Origin: Podarcis vaucheri
Lineage: Eukaryota
Length of the DNA stretch: 64,000 nucleotides
Direction: 5' to 3' (one strand)
Assembly (NCBI GenBank): GCA_965113315.1
Contig: OZ220366.1
The position numbers and the translations under genes are program-made. Below the pieces are notes generated by a model that ran no database searches, had not been told where the DNA came from, and saw only the letters and a program-made list of their open reading frames with translations. Shown here one piece after another: positions 11,405 to 23,407 of this stretch; the stretch's first letter is position 1, and each line of letters opens with the position of its first letter.

Positions 11405-12264
11405 TAGGGGAACTATTAGGCAAAACAAAAAGTGAAATTTGCACTTTGATGAAAGAAGCACTTTTTTCTTCCCCCTCAAATTTTGAGGTTGTGGCTTATA
11501 TTCGGGCCAATATGGTAATATGCTCTATTTGGGCAATAAAGTCGATTTTGGTCCATATCAGGGAGACCACACTTTTGAGCTGTATCGTAGGTGACACAGG
11601 ACCGCAGGGCAAATGTCACACGCCTCTCACGTTGGCAAGGCTGTGTGGTGCTAGGGGAACATACTTCTACCTCTGGTGAAAGTGTTTGCAGGTCTATATA
11701 TTTTTGGTCCCTGGTTTTTAATGAAACTAAGCAGTCAACTTAATTACCCCCTCTCTTCTTGCTCTCCCGTTTATCTTTGGGTATGACAACAAGATGGTTA
11801 TATTAAAAGATTCTGTTATATTTTTTATTGGCTACTGCATGCTTGCCCACCATACAGAAATCGGAATATACTGGATATTCCAATAATGTTTGGAATATTG
11901 CCGTTTTTGAAGAAGTTACACACCATCTTCAAACTTTGCAAGGCACAGCTACATTGGATACCCTCTATCCAGTCGAGCGGGATTTTATTTTGTATACAAA
12001 TGAACACCACTTACAACAACTTACACCAGCTTCCCAGGAAATCTGGACTTTTGAGTTAACTTGTTGTTTCGTTATGTGATATGTGAACTGTTAATATATG
12101 TGATTTGTGCCACCTTTTTTCCCTATGGTTTTTGTTTTTCCCTATATCCCCGTATGTAATACTGTTTTGTTCTGCATTAAAATCAATGGAGGGGGGGTTC
12201 CTAAAAATGACGGTGCTTGCCATTTGCCAGGTTTATCAGTATTTAAAGAGAAATCCCATCTAAC

Positions 12265-12346
12265 CTGTTTGAAAATCTTGTCCCATTTGAAGCTGAACCT
12301 GATGAGGATGAGACATACACACTGCTTATTGATCCCTGAGCCATTT
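12265..12346 (-). CDS. TFDP1: TFDP1 coding exon 10 (82 bp)
   Basis: (E)MAQGSISSVYVSSSSGSASNGTRFSN(S); ttacag acceptor, AG|GTTAGA donor; phases fit the neighbouring exons. Confidence 0.92.
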
Positions 12347-12844
12347 CTGTAAAGGAAGAAAGCATTATGAATTCTGCAGTGTTGATTCTGTACTAAACAC
12401 AAATCTAATCCAAATATTTTTTACACGTAGTAACATTTTGTACAAAGAGCTCATCACGAAGAATTTTTTTTAAGGAGCTTAAAAAAAGAAAGAAAGAGGT
12501 TACACGGCCCATTAAAGTTCCCACTAAAATATAGGTGCACTGAATAATCTCTAAAGGGCATACAAAGCAGAAGAAAAATGGGGGGTGGATAAGTTTGGGT
12601 GTACAAAGCCTAATTCTCTAAAGGGATTCCACAGCATACAAAACTAAGTGTATCATTAAAACACCTGATTGTATTTTAGTAAATAAAACCAATTGTACGG
12701 AACAGCAGAGGCAAGGATGAATATGACAGCTTCCTTTTACTATGAAAATATTGATCATTCATAACTGCTACACTTAAAAGTATGGAAACGCGTGCTAAAA
12801 TGAAATCAGACTTGGTTCAAATTTGCTCTAATAGCTGACAAGTA

Positions 12845-13103
12845 CCGTATTTTTCGCTCTATAACACGCACCAGACCACAAGACGCACCTAGTTTTTGGA
12901 GAAGGAAAACAAGAAAAAAATTATTCTGAATCTCAGAAGCCAGAACAGCAGGAGGGATCGCTGCGCAGTGAAAGCAGCAATCCCTCTTGCTGTTCTGGCT
13001 TCTGGGATAGCTGTGCAGCCTGCATTCGCTCCATAAGACGCACACACATTTCCCCTTACTTTTTAGGAGGGAAAAAGGAAGTCTTATAGAGCAAAAAATA
13101 CGG
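12845..13103. mobile_element. Tc1/mariner (Tc2-like, CCGTA termini) MITE
   Basis: TIR CCGTATTTTTCGCTCTATAA (19/20 match) flanked by TA. Confidence 0.85.
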
Positions 13104-13532
13104 TATTTCAAGGACAGCTTTGTTAATTCTGATGTTTTGCAGTCCTTTTTGACACCAACTGAGGACAGCACCATAGCACTTTACAAACAGTTCTCCTTTC
13201 TGAAAGGATTTCTAGGATTGGCCTGGCACCTAACATTTCACAATCGACTGCTAGATAATCCACCTCTATGTAGGTGATGGTAACTCCACAATGATTTGGA
13301 AGTCACTGCACTATTACAACTTTTATTTCCATCATTTGATGGAGGCCAGGGAAGTTCTTAAGAACTTTTCACTCAGAAAATGCTTTGCTTAGGCAACTGT
13401 AATGATAAAAGGCTTTGCAAACTACTTGTATCCTATAGCGCTGCATATTGCAGTTGTGTCAAGTTCCAATGGCAGTTTGGTTTCTTTTCCACACACATTT
13501 TAAATATAAGGAAATCTTTCACAGAACCTTAC

Positions 13533-13699
13533 CTGTCACATATGGTTCAAGAGCTTTAGGAACCAAGCTCCTTGCATTTTTTAGGTCCTCTGCTGAGCAA
13601 CTTCCAGATTCTAGCCCAAAAGCCATTCCCATGCGCTTTAACACTTCTATATCATCGTGTATTTCAAATGCATTGTCAAAATTAAATAGATATTCAAAC
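13533..13699 (-). CDS. TFDP1: TFDP1 coding exon 9 (167 bp)
   Basis: [55 protein letters not shown] (DP domain). Confidence 0.96.
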
Positions 13700-13999
13700 C
13701 TACAGAAAGTGGGTAGAAATTGGTCAAAAAGCTATGCACATAGGGTTATAAATTTTTCCTGCAAAGTGTACCTTCTACTAATGCGCAACTTTTAAAAGAT
13801 ACAGCACATTTTGATGCTGTTATACAATTCCAACACTGTCTTTCAGGAAGCAGTAGTCTCAAATATTTCAGTATCTCATATATTAGTAAGATAATTGGCC
13901 CCATCAAGACCAACACTGTCCAGTCTCACTGGCAGAGGTCTTTTGTGGAGACCTACAGAAATCAGTGTTGAGGAGTGCAGCTCACAGAATCAGCTATAA

Positions 14000-14370
14000 T
14001 CTCATCAGGTTATAGACTGTTGAGGCCAGCTTTTTCACTAGTAGCACCAATGTGGTAGAATGTTCCACCTGCTTAAATACAAGAAGTTTCAATAGTGTTC
14101 CTCTGGCTCTTGAAGACATACCTGTTTACAAGCATTCCCCACCCCCCCAATCTCCTAAACTGAACCTCCTGTTTTAACCTCTGTGCTGCTTTAATGGGCT
14201 TACTTTATTGTACATTTTAATTGCGAGTTTTTATTTTAACATTTTGAACGAACTGTTTTAGTGTGGACTTTCATTACGTGTGTATTTTTTCTATTGGTTT
14301 TTATACTTGTAAACCACTTTGAAACCACTTAGGCAATTAGGTGGTATATAAATATAAAATAATAAAACCA
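14000..14370 (+). mobile_element. Degraded L2-like LINE 3' end
   Basis: GAAGACATACCTGTTT, a T-rich 3'UTR, then GTAAACCACTTTGA...GGTATATAAAT and an A-rich tail. Confidence 0.55.
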
Positions 14371-14805
14371 GTATTTGCAACCCCAACTTTGTCAGTATTT
14401 AAGAGATTAGTCCATTTTCCTGCATAAATGTCAAGCTAGCTCCATGAACATGTGCACTTGGTTGCAGCTTTGCTCTCCCCTTGCAAGAGCATGAGCAATG
14501 AAACTATGCTCCCTGGCTTACTGTGTTATGACTGACTTGGAGGTCCTGGTTTGTTTTGCTTCAAATAAACCACAACATGAAGGCAAGATTTCTTCTTTGC
14601 TTACCAGACATTGGTTTGAGCAAAACAAACCATGTTCCCAAGTTCATATATAATACTAAGACAAGCACCATGGTTTGTTGCCCCCATGCTTACTAGAGGG
14701 AGAAGCAAAGCACAAGTCAATTGCTTATTATAATTTATCATGCAAATACAGCCAGTGTATTTGCAAGGACAGAAGAAAACACTTGTTTCCCTACTAGCAA
14801 CCTAC

Positions 14806-14957
14806 TTGTCATTAGAAATACTGCAGTCAATCACAGTCTTCTTGCTGGTGTTCACAATGATAAATGGCAAATGAATGACAGAATTAGAAGCTGGTGGTCT
14901 GTTTGCTTGCTGTTCTGCTTGACGATTTCGCTGAACAAGATTCTTGAAGGCAATTTG
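14806..14957 (-). CDS. TFDP1: TFDP1 coding exon 8 (152 bp)
   Basis: [50 protein letters not shown](K). Confidence 0.96.
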
Positions 14958-15485
14958 CTGTTAAGGGGTTTAAATATAAACAACTTCATTTTCTTTAAGA
15001 ATAGAAAAACAATTGTGAAGGCTTGCTTGGCATTAATTCTTAAATAAGAATATTTAAGAATAATTAAACAAGTAACACTAATATCTATAATCAAGTGTTT
15101 CTGGATTAGGCACTCTTAGGTTTTGAGAAATGCCTCCTTTTTGGTTACCAGGTGGTATGTGTTTAAGTCTACAAACAGAAACACACACCCACACCTACAC
15201 CTACACCCACACCCAAGTGGAGGGGTTTTTCCTCCAGCTCCAAAACAGAGTCCAGAACATGGGGAAAAAACTAACTTCTGCAAAGTGAATAAGCTCTGGA
15301 CAAACTTTTTAAAGATAAGATCATCCGTAAAATAGAAGTAAAATAAGATGAGGAAAGACAGTGGGGGGTTAGGGAAGAGAAAAATCTGCCTAATCAGGTA
15401 GGGTTGACCAGGAAGCTGAAGAAAAGCTTATTCCCTTGGTGCCATTTCATATATGCACATACTGCCTGGTAACCAAGAGGAAGTA

Positions 15486-15773
15486 CCGTATTTTTCACCC
15501 CATAGGGCGCACCTAGTTTTTTTGGGAGGAAATAAAGAAAAAAAAAATTATTTCCCCCCAAGGCGCGAGGTTGGGGAGGGGGAAGCCCGAGCTTCCCCCG
15601 ACCCCAGCCCCCAGAACAGGCTGCTCTCCGCAAGAGAGAGGGCTCCCGCGGCTTGCGCAGAGCTACCCGAAGCCCCGGTGCGACTGCTCAGCGTGCCGGA
15701 ACTTCGGGATAAGAGGCAGCGCTGCGCAAGCCGGGGGAGGGAAAAAGTGCGTCCTATAGGGCGAAAAATACGG
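15486..15773. mobile_element. Tc2-like MITE with a CpG-rich core
   Basis: CCGTATTTTTCACCCCATAGG / CCTATAGGGCGAAAAATACGG TIRs; TA on the left. Confidence 0.85.
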
Positions 15774-16378
15774 TGCTTTCCAGAAGTAAAAAGGCTGCTG
15801 TTCTTGAAACCCCAGAAAAATGCAAAGAAGTCTAATAACCCCCCCCCCCGAGGTTGTTCCAGTTAATTATTTTTATTCTATTATTTAATTCTACTCTATC
15901 TTTTAGGGCAGGCCTAAAATAAAAATAGGAGACACAAAATATACAGAACAGAATCAGATGAAGTTGCATACAGGTGCTTGCAATAATCAAGAACGAAAAT
16001 TGTGTGATGCCTTATTGCTAAAGTGAATTAAAACCATTGGGAGGAAATCATTTTGCCTTGCCAGATGGAAAAATCTCCCCTCTCCAATCCCCATGCACTG
16101 TTCTGGGGGGTTCTCCCAACCCTCCAGAGCTGGTCTGAGGCAGGTAAGGGGGGCGGGAAGCACCTTTGCAGTAGCAGGAGCCCTTGCCGTGGCTTCTGCT
16201 AGCCCACCTGCTTAGTTGACTTGTCCAGCCTATTATCCTCTTATTCCCAGTCATGTCATTTACTTATGTAGGATTAAGTAAGTGCTTCAGGGGGAAACCG
16301 GCTCATCTTAACACATTAAGACAATTGATAAATAAATATAAAGTGATTTGGCAAGGCAAACAACTGTTCCAAAAATAC

Positions 16379-16447
16379 CTGAAGTATTAGCTCTTGTAGT
16401 TGTGACTGTTTTTGCTTTATTCTTTCAAGTCTTCTCTGTCGCTCCAC
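16379..16447 (-). CDS. TFDP1: TFDP1 coding exon 7 (69 bp, coiled coil)
   Basis: VERQRRLERIKQKQSQLQELILQ with AG/GT boundaries. Confidence 0.96.
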
Positions 16448-17397
16448 CTTAAGAAAAGAAACGTTGTTAGTTTTAGAGAGGAGCTGGGTGAATTTGAGAA
16501 GTACCGTAGCTACATATTGCTCTGTATGTGGGCTAAAATCCAAGGAACCAAGAAGTTCATTCTGTGAATCTAAGGGGGCTTTAGACTTGGTTCTGAAAAA
16601 GCAGCACTCTATCTCAAGTAATATATACATTTGAAACATAGGCAAGATTCCAAAGCAGTTCACAAGACGGCATGAGAATCGGCTGCTTTAGATTTTTTTT
16701 AATATCCAAGATTTCATATCTGCTGAAATGAATTTGAAACATCACTTGCTCTTCTTAAACAACGACGACAGTGTGGCAACAGCCATAAACCCTCTCTCTG
16801 CATACAAGAAAATCTTGAACACCCAGAGCTAACTACCATCAAATAATACATAAGCCTGTTCAGAGATTATTTAAAGGCAATCAAAATAATTCAACCAAAA
16901 ATGTATCTGTTTCTTATAGCGAAGTCATTGATAGAATGAAGGGGTATTAAACAGAGGTGCTTATGAATCTGACCCTATTAGATTGTAAGGTTCTACTTCA
17001 TTGTAAATATTCCCTAAAGTGGAACTCAAATTTTCATTATTAGTTACAGTGTTCTGGAATATTTCCAGAACTTGGGAGGAATTGTCAACTGTCTACTCCC
17101 TCTGTCTTCCGCCAGCACTTGGGAGGTTCTTACCCTAAAGATTTATTTTTTACTTATGAATTTTTGCAAATGCACAATCATTCTCAATTAAAGAAAGTTA
17201 TGATTTTGAAAGCCACATGTGCAGAATGAATTATTCCACCACTCCAAAATCTGGGTCTCCAACCAGAATGAAACCCTGTGTGGAACCGAAGGCATGCCGC
17301 CATCTTGGAACGGAAGTGAGGGAATCTGTTCTTCCCGAGTAATCAGAAAACAAGATTAAAGAAATGCTGCAAATGAGAAAAGTCCACCGCATTTTAC

Positions 17398-17541
17398 CTC
17401 TAAATTCTGACATTCCTGAGCTGAATTAGTAGGTAGGCCAATCCATTTTATTTCTTTCTTCTCCTTGGAAATAATGTTCATGGCCATAAGGACATTTAAG
17501 GCATCATAGACACGTCGTCTAATATTCTTCTGATCATAAGC
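17398..17541 (-). CDS. TFDP1: TFDP1 coding exon 6 (DEF box; 144 bp, or 147 bp with the upstream AG)
   Basis: [48 protein letters not shown], containing the RRXYD DNA-recognition motif; tandem CAGCAG acceptor. Confidence 0.96.
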
Positions 17542-17827
17542 CTGCTGTTGAATTAAGAGTATTAGGATATCTCTGATTAAACTATTTTAAAGGTTTTATC
17601 CAGTCATGGAAAAGCTGAGGTAATATCGCAACTTTGTCGGTTAACAGAGTAGCATTTCTAATCTTGAAAACAAGAACTTGAATTTTTCATAACACACAAT
17701 ACACACACTGGGATGATCCCCAAGAGAGAAAGCAAAAAGAAAGGGGCTGTCTCTGCATGTAGGTATTTGTAGCATGCAGGAAATGGGTTTGTTGTCTCTA
17801 CTAAATTCAGAACATGAATATATTTAC

Positions 17828-17993
17828 CGATTCATTTGGTGAGATGTGTGCATCTGCGGTACTAAACTCTGCAACTAACTCATCTGCTACCTCATTGTAT
17901 GAGGTCGTTCCTTTCCTCTGAACCTTCTCACAAACTTTCATAGAGAAGTGCCGCAAACCCTTGCCATTCTTCTCACCCTTTTTGTTGCGCTTC
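17828..17993 (-). CDS. TFDP1: TFDP1 coding exon 5 (166 bp, NLS and start of the winged helix)
   Basis: [55 protein letters not shown]. Confidence 0.96.
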
Positions 17994-18424
17994 CTATAAA
18001 TAGAGATACAATGAGTTACACACACACACGAATCCCCAAAACCAATGAGACGACTTTAGGGTGGGTTTCTTTTTTTAAGAGAACTGATACTCCAAATTAC
18101 TTGTTTCATTAAACCTTGTGCAAAAGAAGTCTTCATCAATGATAAAATATGTTCTAATGGTAGCAGTGTTAGCCCACTGCCTTTAGGAATTTGTCTGCAT
18201 AGAAGATTTACTTAGCCAAACCTTTATTAGGCATTACAACAAAGGCCTTCATAAAATGTCCATATATAAAATTATAAAATATATACAAAAACAGAAGCAG
18301 AACGCCTCAAAACAGTATTTTTTAAGAAATGCAAAGGCACTGAAGGAATTGTTTTAATGAACGTAATTTGTTGGGTTTGGACACCCACGTCTGACCTACA
18401 CACACACAGTTAAAATATGAGGAT

Positions 18425-18639
18425 ATTACTATTATTATTAATACCCTGCCCATCTGGCTGGGTTTCCCCAGCCACTCTGGGCGGCTTACAAAATATCTAA
18501 AAACATAATAAAAACATCAATCCTAAAAAACTTCCCTAAACAGGGCTGCCTTCAGATGTCTTCTAAAAGTCAGATAGCTTCTTATTTCCTTGACATCTGT
18601 GTGCGTTCCACAGGGAGGGTGCCACTACCGAGAAGGCCT
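18425..18639 (-). mobile_element. L2 LINE 3' fragment
   Basis: (ATT)n tail plus CCATCTGGCTGGGTTTCCCCAGCCACTCTGGGCGGC, shared with the copies at 21480 and 50367. Confidence 0.85.
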
Positions 18640-19118
18640 ATTATGACAATAGGCATACACTCCCATTACTCGAAACATTTTGGATTTGTTTATAACGTTA
18701 TTGAAAGGAAACTCTATAGAAATACACACCATATCTACCTTCAGATACCAACCTTTCTGTGAGGAAGAAACAAGTTTAAGAGAACTGAATGCAATTATGT
18801 CCTCGAGTAGATGGAAAGGGCTTTGGTCCAGGGGAGGATTCTGCTGGCAGGACAGAGAGTGAGGTGATTGTCACTGACCTCCCCCTCCCCTGTAGCCCCT
18901 TGCATCACCTCCCATGGTGTTCTGAAGGATCCTCCAAGTATCTGGATCACATGGGGAGTTGTCAGGGAAACTGGCAAAAACCTACCTCCTCCCCTGATTC
19001 TGCTAACATAAGCCTCCAGGGATATCATTGGATTCGGCCCAATATTTTTCAGCTATTAGCTAACTAGCTGGATATGAGGCCCAACTTTAGTTACCAAGAA
19101 TAAAGCTTTTGAGGCATG

Positions 19119-19166
19119 CATTTTCCTGTGAATATGTTGTAACATTTTCCTGTGAATATGTTGTAA
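19119..19166. repeat. Perfect 24-bp tandem duplication
   Basis: CATTTTCCTGTGAATATGTTGTAA x2. Confidence 0.95.
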
Positions 19167-19186
19167 CTTAACTAAATTTTACTCAC

Positions 19187-19308
19187 CCAGCAGACCAAGG
19201 CGAAGAATCTGCAGTCTGGTTCTGCGGTACAAAGTGTGTGTTGGGTGTATGTGGACTTGATACCAGAATAGTATTGGGGGCTGAAGGTCTCTGAGGTGTA
19301 CCAATAAC
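19187..19308 (-). CDS. TFDP1: TFDP1 coding exon 4 (122 bp)
   Basis: [40 protein letters not shown](G); GG|GTGAGT donor. Confidence 0.95.
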
Positions 19309-19355
19309 CTACAGTTAATACAAAATGTCAGTTAATGCCACTCCTATTCAGAATA

Positions 19356-19596
19356 CAGTGGTACCTCGGATTTCGAACATAATCCGTTCTGTAAGACCGT
19401 TCGACTTCTGAAATGTTTGAAAACCGAGGCGCAAAGGGCGATCTGCAAATTCAATGGAGAAAACTGAAAAAAACTCAGCGGAAGCCGTTTGACTTCCAAG
19501 GCACATTCGAAAACAGAAGCATTTCCTTCCGGGTTTTCAACGTTCGGAAACCGAAATGTTCAGCTTCTGAGACATTCAAAAACTGAGGTAACACTG
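19356..19596. mobile_element. Tigger/pogo-like MITE
   Basis: TA|CAGTGGTACCTCGG...CTGAGGTAACACTG|TA. Confidence 0.85.
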
Positions 19597-20118
19597 TAAT
19601 TATATTAGCTTCCTTAGTATGGAAGCCATAATTTTATACTAGATACATTTTTAAAAGTCAAACCACAATTTACATTTTTAGTGGGTATTTTGCCCAACCA
19701 GGAAACTCTTAAGTTGGAATCAAACTCTAACTTATATTATATAGGCATGTTGCTGAAAGAACCTCATCTAATGGTGCTCTTCTCCACTGAAAGCTGCCAG
19801 TTTAAATGCACCCCATGGTTCCTATGTAGATCTCAAAAATTTCTAATGTACAACAGAGGTGGCGCTTTAGATGTTTCCAAACTAAAACTCCCACCATCCC
19901 TCATCACTGGGTGTTAGCAGAAGCTGATAAAAGCTGAGGCACACCAACATCTGTAGAGTCACAGTTTAGTTACCCATGATGTAGAACAATCTTATGCATG
20001 TTTTCTCTGAATGCATCCCAATATTGGGGCTGACCCCAGCAAAGGATTAATGTGGCACCTCAAAATCTACAAGTACATATCACAAATGAATCGGTAGGTT
20101 TCCCAACAGGCCTCTTAC

Positions 20119-20225
20119 CATTTGTTGTGCAATGTTGACATTAGATTGTCCAAATGTTTTCGGTAGGAGTTGTTTTCCAAGTGTATTTACTGCGGAAGGG
20201 TGAACAGCTACTAATGAAACAACAC
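20119..20225 (-). CDS. TFDP1: TFDP1 coding exon 3 (107 bp)
   Basis: (G)[35 protein letters not shown]; ATG|GTAAGA donor. Confidence 0.95.
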
Positions 20226-21479
20226 CTAAAATGCACAAATTGAAAAGTTAGAAAATGGTAACAAATAACTGGCAACACAATTAGCAATTGACTAGGCAAA
20301 CTACAGAGGTCAGTCTAATATTTAACCTAATTCTGTTGCACACGTCCAAGTTAAAATGCTTTTAAATATGTGAGACTGGGAGACATTCTTTACTTGAGCA
20401 AATGTTAGGATGAAGTCCTTGAGATAAACCATTGAGCTCAAACATAATAGCTCAATTTAATTCTCTGAAGACAGAGAAATCAATGTGCCAAGATTAGAAT
20501 CCCTCACTATAATTTATCTGACATACTGACTTAAACTACTACCAGAAACATCTGCTTTGCTTGAAGATTAACTTCTAAATCAGGCTGGAGAATCTATGGC
20601 CTTCGTGATATTTCTGAACTTCAACTCCCATCATCCTTTAGTAACGTCTTTCATTTTGTAGTTGTGTGATCTGTGCTCATACTGTATTGTGATGGCCATT
20701 AGCTATAAACCATAAAATCTACTGACTGAGCTCCCATCATCCTTGACCATTAACCATGCCAACTGGAGGATCATAGCTTCCCTACCAAGGTTCTGGATAA
20801 ATCTTGACGTCCCCAAGTCAGTATGAAGAAAGCTTCCACATCTCTTACAATCACATCCATTTTTACTTGAAACAGTCAGTGTGAAGCATACACAGAACTG
20901 CAGCCTGTGTCTCCAAGTTGTCATGAAGACAGAAGTTTTTAAAAGTTCTATATGAGCAAAGTGTATACGCATTTCTGTATAAATGCTGCCACCCTGTGGT
21001 ACAAAATACTTTATAGAAGTAAAATTTTAGAATGGGAGAAAGTAAAGTGAAAAAGTATTCTATTCACTTGAATAGCTACAGAATATTAGGATGGTGTATA
21101 TGCAGGCAATTACCCACCCACCCTTCTAAGTAGTTAAATGCAGTGTTGTCTGAAATAATTCAGGAGGGATTTGATGACTAAAGGAAATAAGAGAATACCA
21201 TTAAGTATCTGGCCAGTAGCATTTGAGATTAAAAGAGATTTTTAACATTAACTATTCTAGTGTGCAACTTTTTAAAAGTGCAATCTTTATGAGACACCGG
21301 TAAAAGCCTAGTGGATTGTCTTTCTTTTGTGCAGATGGCATTATACACCTATTTTGAGAATTAGAAAATTGCAGTTGCAACCAAATCCTGATGAAATGTT
21401 TGTGGTATAACTCAATAAGATGATTCAGGGAACTAAAGTAATAATAGTAGTAGTAGCAGCAGCAGCAGTAGTTGTTGTT

Positions 21480-21881
21480 GTTATTATTATTATTATTTCC
21501 TCCGCCCATCTGGCTGGGTTTCCCCGGCCACTCTGGGCTGCTTACAGCATATCTAAAAACATAATAAAAATGTCAAACATTAAAAACCTCCCGATACTGG
21601 GCTGCCTTCAGATGTCTTCTAAAAGTTGTGCAATTCTTTTATCTCCTGGACATCTGAAGGGAGGGCGTTCCAGAGGGAGGGCACCCACTACTGAGAAGGC
21701 CCTCTGCCTGGTTCACTGTAACTTTGCTTCTCGCAGTGAGGGAACCAGCAGAAGACCCTCGGAGGAGGACCTCAGTGTCTGGACTGAACGATGGGGGTGG
21801 AGACGCTCCTTCAGGTATACTGGGGCGAGGCATTTTAGGGCTTTAAAAGTCAGCCCCAACACTTTGAATTGTGCTCGGAAC
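21480..21881 (-). mobile_element. L2 LINE 3' fragment
   Basis: Minus-strand ORF LTFKALKCLAPVYLKERL...LRSS resembles the L2 ORF2 C-terminus; ATT-repeat tail. Confidence 0.88.
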
Positions 21882-22848
21882 AAAAGTGGAATGGTTCTGC
21901 TGAGAAATAACTGTATCACTCTCAAAAATGTATTCTTACTCAGATTTGGATGCCCTGTCCCATAAAAATAATTTTATTAAAAATCTGGTGTACAAACACA
22001 TTAGTAAATAAATTGAAGCTTTATTTGTTAAAGCAGGGGTCACAACCTTTTTATAGACCTATGGCACATTTGGATTTTTGAGTGTGTACTATCCCCTTCG
22101 GTCACTTCAACTGAAGACTTAAGACTCCAAAGCCTCACTTTCAGAGAGTACTGAGTAACACACTGTCTCTTTCATAAACAACTATGAAACAGATATAGGT
22201 TGCCGCTGTGGCTCCCCTCAAACAACTCTATGTCACACAACATGGTCCTGCTCAAAAGTTGCACCCTTTGGGTCAAAGATAAACAGCGGCATAAATAAGG
22301 CCTTAGACGCATCCATGGGATTCAAAGATGTTGCTGATGAACTACGTACCATTCTGGAATCTGAGTGAGGAACAAGGTGACTGGCTGCTGTGGACACTCA
22401 TGATAGCTAAACACAAAATAATCCAATAATGGAAGGAGAGATCTTCTCCCTAATCATACAATGGACCAAAGATACCAGCCACCACCTAGGAGAAGAGGCC
22501 TTTTCCACAAGGGGAAAATGGAAATTTATTGGGCGCATGGACTCCCTACACAAATTCATGGCAATGGTTGATTACAGTATTGGCTGCCACTGATCATGTG
22601 CACTTTTTAAAAATTGTTGTTGTTTATTGTTTTGTTTTTGTATAAAGTATTTCTTTCAAAAATTCAGTGAAAACCTGTACGTAAGAAAGACTGAACAGTC
22701 AATATGCACGCTTTCTTCTACAAACAAACACCATTGTGCAGGTAGCATTACATGCCTAGGATATATTTACTGATTAAAATTTGTACATGCTGCCTTTCAT
22801 CTGTGAAATTTTAAATAAATTTACAAAGTACTAATAGATCTGGGTCAC

Positions 22849-23407
22849 TGTGAGAATGACTAGGCCCAGGTGTCAAGTGTGGCTAGGAAAGCAGCCATTG
22901 CAGCCAAGTCGAGCCCACCAGGGTCTTCCGCTAAGAGGAATGGGGCCCACCCAAGGTTTCTTTGCCCAGGACTCCTCAAACTTGAAGCCAGCCTTACTAC
23001 ACACACAGAAGTCTTACTTCATTAAATATGAAGGCCAATGTCAGGGAACTGACATCGGAGCAGAGGGGAGAGGCGAGGCTCCCAGATTCTGCAGGAGAGG
23101 GAACGAGTAAAGGAAGAGAGAGAACGTCATCTGGGGAAGGAAGTCCAGGTGACACCAGGAAGAAGGGAGAGGCAGAGAGCATCTCGGAGGAGAGGCTCCG
23201 AGACTCTTCCAGTGAAGTCAGTGAGGAGGGTGGAGGACCACCACTCGGCACGCCCACTCTGCGCAGAAGGCTTCCGCGCAGAGAGGCGAGGCGAAGGTTG
23301 TCCGTTAAGGAATTCTTATGCTAGAGGAATTTAGGAGACGCCTACTCACGGATTCTGCTAGCGACTGAGCAGCAGCGTCAAGGGCTGCTCAGCCAGGGAA
23401 AGACACA
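22849..23407. mobile_element. Unclassified GC-rich interspersed repeat, possibly a solo LTR
   Basis: Sharp GC/purine-rich block inside an AT-rich intron, with TG...CA ends; no clean target-site duplication. Confidence 0.35.

Noticed and set aside
11790-12190. Possible L1/Tx1-like 3' remnant (also about 22140-22680)
   Set aside because: Only a vague compositional resemblance; it needs a RepeatMasker/Dfam search before being called.
21420-21965. 181-aa ORF with a hydrophobic poly-V/A/I stretch resembling a signal or TM segment
   Set aside because: It is a translated trinucleotide microsatellite plus the antisense strand of an L2 fragment.
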